In this document: positions 57,381 through 64,000 of the stretch, piece by piece
Position numbering within the stretch: the stretch's first letter is position 1
Layout: each line of letters opens with the position of its first letter
Assembly: GCA_964016885.1 (NCBI GenBank)
Contig: OZ024741.1
Coordinates: forward strand, 83,204,001-83,268,000
From: Eledone cirrhosa
Lineage: Eukaryota
Reading direction: 5' to 3'
Length of the DNA stretch: 64,000 nt
Made by a program: the position numbers and the translations under genes
Notes under the pieces: generated by a model
What the model was told of the DNA's origin: nothing
The model's database searches: none
What the model saw: only the letters and a program-made list of their open reading frames with translations

Positions 57381-57439
57381 TATATAGATATAGATATATA
57401 TAGATATATAGATATATATATATATAGATAGGTATATAT

Positions 57440-58128
57440 CATTATAAGAAACTGAATAGAAACAATTATAAGAAAGTGAATGAAATATATTCATACACAT
57501 ATAAGTGTGCATTAAGATACATCAAAACTTAAGACTAGATATAATATGTTTAATATGTTTGAGTTTGTATCATTCATGACACCCTTTAATTTGAACGTAA
57601 TTATAATATGTCTGCTACTTATTTTGTGAGCTGTTTATGTTGAGAGGTTAGACTGCTTTTTCTAGCGGACGAAAACCCTTCATGTCGTTGAGTGTGCTAA
57701 ATTCATGTATTGATACCCAGAGCGTTTAGTCACTTTCAACCCTTATTGAGTGAGATTAGGTGATTTTGAAATTTCCTCACTGTTGATCCGTTTCAAAATA
57801 TCTAATTTCGCCGCTATTTGGTGAAATGTATTCTGATTTTTGTGAAGAATACATATGAGGGAAATATACTGATCGTTATCAGGTATTTTGTTTTAATTTT
57901 TTTATTAAATTTAATAAGATACTCAACGAATTATGTAATCTTACATTCAGTGTAGATTGTCTCTAGTCTTAAGCTTTGATATATCTTAATGCACACTTAT
58001 GTGTGTATGAATATATTTCATTCACTTTCTTATAATGATTAAGGCTCGATTTTATTCTCTGAATTCTACCTTGAGCTGTTTTTAGAGAAGAGACATAAGT
58101 TTGATATGTTTGAGTTTGTATGATGCAC

Positions 58129-58130
<2 letters not shown>
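57440..58130 (+). mobile_element. Older fold-back element with about 550 bp terminal redundancy
   Basis: Inverted arms about 57464-57539 and 57962-58037; atatgtttgagtttgtat at 57553 and 58104. Confidence 0.6.
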
Positions 58131-58184
<54 letters not shown>

Positions 58185-58186
<2 letters not shown>

Positions 58187-61100
58187 CCCGAGCACGATGG
58201 TCGGATAACATCTATGAGCCCGGTTCGACAGTTCCTATTGGAATGTTTGCTTGAGAACACTACTCCCAAACTTCTCTCAGCAATACGTGGGTGTATGCCT
58301 GTGTGCGTACGTATATTATTTTTCTTCACCCACATATTCCGGAGAGATTTTTGGGGGTAAGAGTTTTCAAGCAAACTTTCCAATAGGTACTGTTAGAAGC
58401 AACTGTCACCAGTTGAGCCAGCCAGATCCACAAGCTTGTCCAACCGGGCTCATAGATGTTATCCGACCATCTTACGCGGGTTCTACACCTGGAACTTCTC
58501 CCAGTTAATTTTGCCAGTAAAATCTGTCCCGCGCATGTTTCATGAGAAATTATAGTGATGTTTGTATAATCAGGGATGTGGTCTATCAAGTTGGTGTAGT
58601 ATCAGCTCTACCTGTGGTCTATCAATTTGGTGTAGTATCAGCTCTACCTGTGGTCTATCAATTTGGTGTAGTATCAGCTCTACCTGAGGTCTATCAATTT
58701 GGTGTAGTATCAGCTCTACCTGTGGTCTATCAAGTTGGTGTAGTATCAGCTCTACCTGTGGTCTATCAATTTGGTGTAGTATCAGCTCTACCTGTGGTCT
58801 ATCAAGTTGGTGTAGTATCAGCTCTACCTGTGGTCTATCAATTTGGTGTAGTATCAGCTCTACCTGTGGTCTATCAATTTGGTGTAGTATCAGCTCTACC
58901 TGTGGTCTATCAATTTGGTGTAGTATCAGCTCTACCTGTGATCTATCAAGTTGGTGTAGTATCAGCTCTACCTGTGGTCTATCAATTTGGTGTAGTATCA
59001 GCTCTACCTGTGGTCTATCAAGTTGGTGTAGTATCAGCTCTACCTGTGGTCTATCAATTTGGTGTAGTATCAGCTCTACCTGTGATCTATCAAGTTGGTG
59101 TAGTATCAGCTCTACCTGTGGTCTATCAATTTGGTGTAGTATCAGCTCTACCTGTGATCTATCAAGTTGGTGTAGTATCAGCTCTACCTGTGGTCTATCA
59201 ATTTGGTGTAGTATCAGCTCTACCTGTGATCTATGAAGTTGGTGTAGTATCAGCTCTACCTGTGGTCTATCAATTTGGTGTAGTATCAGCTCTACCTGTG
59301 ATCTATCAAGTTGGTGTAGTATCAGCTCTACCTGTGGTCTATCAATTTGGTGTAGTATCAGCTCTACCTGTGATCTATCAAGTTGGTGTAGTATCAGCTC
59401 TACCTGTGGTCTATCAAGTTGGTGTAGTATCAGCTCTACCTGTGGTCTATCAAGTTGATGTAGTATCAGCTCTACCTGTGATCTATCAAGTTGGTGTAGT
59501 ATCAGCTCTACCTGTGGTCTATCAATTTGGTGTAGTATCAGCTCTACCTGTGATCTATCAAGTTGGTGTAGTATCAGCTCTACCTGTGGTCTATCAAGTT
59601 GGTGTAGTATCAGCTCTACCTGTGGTCTATCGATTTGGTGTAGTATCAGCTCTACCTGTGATCTATCAAGTTGGTGTAGTATCAGCTCTACCTGTGGTCT
59701 ATCAATTTGGTGTAGTATCAGCTCTACCTGTGATCTATCAAGTTGGTGTAGTATCAGCTCTACCTGTGGTCTATCAATTTGGTGTAGTATCAGCTCTACC
59801 TGTGATCTATCAAGTTGGTGTAGTATCAGCTCTACCTGTGGTCTATCAATTTGGTGTAGTATCAGCTCTACCTGTGATCTATGAAGTTGGTGTAGTATCA
59901 GCTCTACCTGTGGTCTATCAATTTGGTGTAGTATCAGCTCTACCTGTGATCTATCAAGTTGGTGTAGTATCAGCTCTACCTGTGGTCTATCAATTTGGTG
60001 TAGTATCAGCTCTACCTGTGATCTATCAAGTTGGTGTAGTATCAGCTCTACCTGTGGTCTATCAAGTTGGTGTAGTATCAGCTCTACCTGTGGTCTATCA
60101 AGTTGATGTAGTATCAGCTCTACCTGTGATCTATCAAGTTGGTGTAGTATCAGCTCTACCTGTGGTCTATCAATTTGGTGTAGTATCAGCTCTACCTGTG
60201 ATCTATCAAGTTGGTGTAGTATCAGCTCTACCTGTGGTCTATCAAGTTGGTGTAGTATCAGCTCTACCTGTGGTCTATCAATTTGGTGTAGTATCAGCTC
60301 TACCTGTGATCTATCAAGTTGGTGTAGTATCAGCTCTACCTGTGGTCTATCAATTTTGTGTAGTATCAGCTCTACCTGTGATCTATCAAGTTGGTGTAGT
60401 ATCAGCTCTACCTGTGATCTATGAAGTTGGTGTAGTATCAGCTCTACCTGTGGTCTATCAATTTGGTGTAGTATCAGCTTTACCTGTGATCTATCAAGTT
60501 GGTGTAGTATCAGCTCTACCTGTGATCTATCAATTTGGTGTAGTATCAGCTCTACCTGTGGTCTATCAAGTTGGTGTAGTATCAGCTCTACCTGTGATCT
60601 ATCAATTTGGTGTAGTATCAGCTCTACCTGTGGTCTATCAATTTGGTGTAGTATCAGCTCTACCTGTGATCTATCAAGTTGGTGTAGTATCAGCTCTACC
60701 TGTGATCTATCAATTTGGTGTAATAGCGGCTCAACCTGTGATCTCTCGATTTGGTGTAGTATCAGCTCTACCTGGAGCGAAACTCTCATCTCTCAGCTAT
60801 TCTCGCTATTGAGTAACGTTAATCCGAAAAGTCTTTGGCCTCTTGTATTTGGGATCATATTGTTTCTGTCATTGCCCAAGATTTAATTGTTTCAACATTT
60901 GGCACAAGGCCAGCAATTACCCAGTGCATTACTGGTACTTTATTTTATCGACTCCGTAAGGATGAAAAGCAAAGTTAACCTCGACGGGATTTGAACCCAG
61001 ACATAGATAAGTGTTGGCATTAATATCGAATTAAATATAGCGAGTTTTGCTTTTACGCCTCCCTCTCTTCTACTGATGAGCGAATGAAGAAGCTCTTGCA

Positions 61101-63030
61101 ATTCTTGCTCTTAACTTAATTCAGAATCTGACTTCCATCACTCGTGAACATGACTCCGAGAAAGTTGAACTTCTCCGTCCTCTTCACTGTAATTCAAATC
61201 AAATGCAGACTACATTGAACACACTTTTTTGAGAGGACGTGTGCCTCAGTCATCGTAGCTTTGATCTTCTTCCCTCGTAATCCTATCAAGTGTTTGTTGG
61301 TGATCACCTATGTCGCCGCAAATTCCAACCGACTAGTCATCCACCCGCCATCGTGGTACTATTTCTAATCGGGCTGCTCATATCAATCCTGTACATGAGG
61401 ATTATTACAGAATAATTGACAATACACACCTTTGTCGGAGTCCGAACTATTATATAGAGACATAAAGGCAAGGAACCCATACCCCTGCAGAACCGTCCAT
61501 AACAGCTCCTGTGGAAGGCGGTCTAAGAATGATGCATACACATCTTGGCAGTATTCCCCCGATTTCCCCAAACCTGCCGCAGTGCGAATATTTAGTGGGC
61601 TGTACCTGCGTCCGCTTAGACTTTACCAGGGATGCTTAAAAATTGGAACAAGTTCTCTTGTCTTCCTTTTCATAAATTGGGATAATCACTCCCGGTTGCC
61701 ATTGCTTAGTTGCCATTCTAGAGAACTAGGCCACCCGGCATATACCAGTTAGCATGACAATACCTTCTTTATTTAAGGCAGAATTTCATACTCACCAGCG
61801 CGGGTGCCACATTTGAGCTCTTTATTTCCTCTTGTGACCTCAGAATCACTGTCAACGGCTCAGCTACTCTCTTAACAGAATCGATGAGATCAGAGACAAT
61901 ACCCCAATCAATTATTAACCTCTGTCCGCGATATCTTTTATAGCATGAAGATTCTATGTCAGATAATCAGTGCCAACACAAGCATTGCAGTGACCTCCTG
62001 AAGGAAGGATCTGTATTCGGGCTCTCTATTTCCTACATAAACTTACACTACCCACAGAGAAATATATTTCAGACTAAGCTTCAAAATAGAGCAATAGTCC
62101 CTCCTAATTGGATCCAGTTGAATATTCCCACTCTCACCTGTGCAGTCATTTCTGGCACCATACCTGAATATTGGCGTTTCCATCCTCTATTCAAATTTAC
62201 TATAAGAGAGCCACGGGATTTTTTTGAGAAAACTCAGAAAACACAGCCTATAGCATTTGGAATCTTCCACTAGTTCCTGTTCCTTGCATGTAAGAGTCAT
62301 AACATTCCAATTACCAATTGTCCAGGATTGTTCGCTTCTGCATGTTCACAGGTGTAAGGGGTTATGTAATATTTGTGCGTCCACCCCGCTCCTCCCAGAA
62401 CAGGTCGCAGGCCCATCATCATTTCATGCATGGAATCTGTAAAATATTTTTCGAACATTTCCCTTTACATGAGACCTGAACGTGTCACTTGTTATCCCTC
62501 TCGATGGTTATATTGATGTCTTTACTGTGTCCGTTCATATTGCAGTGTTTTGGTGGTCTCATTTGCCCCAATCACTAAATTGGTACTTTTCGCAAACCCA
62601 CGAAGTCTAGGGTTTTTAGAGGCAGCTGTACTCGCCCGCTCATTGCTACATCACTGGGTTGTGAGAGGGTTCATGGGAGCTAAGCGTCACCCCTAGCACC
62701 ATTCCCCTAGTAGTTTACCCCTGTTAGTCCGGGATTGCTTATTAATCCGGCAATAGCCTGCTTATATCTCAGCTAACCTCATACCTGCTGGATGTATTTC
62801 TATAGGACCGTACTCTAGCAGAACAGCTCTGCCGAGCATATAATTGTTATATAACAATTAAATGTGTACATACGCTGCAAGACTGACTGTGGTTCTACTT
62901 AATCTCTTTATACTCTCCACACTAGAGCCTCCTTAAGTCTGGAATACAACACACACGCCAGGGACCTCGTAAAAGCGTTGAGTGCTTCGATCAGCGCGCA
63001 GCCTGCGACTGTAGTTACACACGAAACTAA
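58185..63030 (-). mobile_element. Decayed near-full-length RTE (Expander-like) LINE containing a minisatellite expansion and a SINE
   Basis: APE start (IGNWNVMTLTCKEQELV) at about 62260-62320; RT remnant 61383-61571; C-terminus TGRSSRCRTRVRWSDNI in 58326-58589; 5' boundary approximate. Confidence 0.75.
58578..60773. repeat. 36 bp minisatellite, 61 units
   Basis: Unit gtg(g/a)tctatcaa(g/t)ttggtgtagtatcagctctacct; 2196 bp = 61 x 36. Confidence 0.97.
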
Positions 63031-63061
63031 AGTATCTATCTATCTATCTATCTATCTATAT

Positions 63062-63131
<70 letters not shown>

Positions 63132-63133
63132 GG

Positions 63134-63759
63134 ATGAATACAATAAATGTAATCTGAGGTTTTCGAATATTAATAATAACATTCGATTCGTTTGCAATTA
63201 TGCAAACAAGCCTCAATTTTATAGTCATGTCAGTAGAATGACATGGCTATGAAATTGAGGCTTGTCTGCATAATTGCAAACGAATCGAATGTTATTATTA
63301 ATATTCAAAAAACTCTGATTACATTTATTGTACTCAGCAATGTAGAGCGTAATTTTCTTTTCTATTTGAATTTGGCAAAGCCGGCCATTATCGCTCGTAT
63401 GCAGGAAACTGACTGGCCAGTCTGCTGATATGCAAATCTGGCTGATCAGTGGATCTGCTAGTATGCAGATCTGTCTGATCAGCCAGTCTGCTAATATGCA
63501 AATGAGGCCGATCAGTCACTGTGTATTTTTATAAATAGCATATATTTTCACAAGCTCTGACAGTTTGGCAGGTGAACAGTGAGCTGTACTGATGAAGGGT
63601 GATACCCAGAAATATTAGTGTCTTCAGTTCTGTTTGAATGCCAACAAAAGAGCAAGAATGAAGTGTTCATTCTACTGACATGACTATACAATTGAGGCTT
63701 GCATCCATAATTATAAACTAATCGACTGTTATTATTAATAATCGAAAAACTCATATTAC

Positions 63760-63765
<6 letters not shown>
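63134..63765 (+). mobile_element. Retrozyme-like fold-back element (about 437 bp monomer)
   Basis: Hairpin 63134-63337 with ~100 bp arms; tail directly repeated at 63239 and 63676; HHR; (TA)n flanks. Confidence 0.75.
63575..63634 (+). ncRNA. Type I HHR
   Basis: gagctgta-CTGATGA-a-gggt(gat)accc-a-GAAA-tattagtg-TC-ttcagttc; distal pairing aacag/ctgtt. Confidence 0.7.
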
Positions 63766-63813
<48 letters not shown>

Positions 63814-64000
63814 CATTATAAAGAAAAAAGAAACATTAGACATAAATAAAAAAAAATATAAATACCCAATATTTCTATACATTCTCGACTGTACAGTTTC
63901 GCGGCTAGTTTTCAAAAATACTACATCATAGAGATGCAGTATGTTTGTGAGGTTTGCCAGCTTATCAGGAGAATACCTTATTTAAAGCTTCAAAACACGT

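Noticed and set aside
57860-57955. HHR in the 57440-58130 element (CTGATCG..GAAT)
   Set aside because: Both core halves deviate from consensus; at best decayed
58542-60812. 756 aa and 739 aa repeat ORFs as real genes or a CRISPR-like array
   Set aside because: Stop-free 36 bp unit derived from a LINE; no unique spacers; no evidence of expression

Overview
AT-rich eukaryotic repeat-dense window with no recognisable host exon. The SINE-like fragments resemble cephalopod (Octopus-type) SINEs from recall, not from a search. 1-13.4 kb: three R4/Dong-type (RT + restriction-like endonuclease) LINE copies and one L1/Tx1 LINE, all abutting (TAA/ATT)n tracts. 13.5-64 kb: (TA)n tracts packed with Penelope-like elements (PLEs), namely a young Neptune-type copy with an uninterrupted RT + GIY-YIG frame, a decayed Neptune, a decayed Naiad-type copy, and many unrelated non-coding fold-back elements. 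Most of these carry type I hammerhead ribozyme (HHR) motifs and share one architecture: [3' tail][arm]..[inverted arm lacking the tail], with a short motif at a similar position in the tail. Three have 440-550 bp terminally redundant monomers, as retrozymes do. A 61 x 36 bp minisatellite has arisen in frame from the coding sequence of an RTE LINE. All alignments and folds were done by eye.
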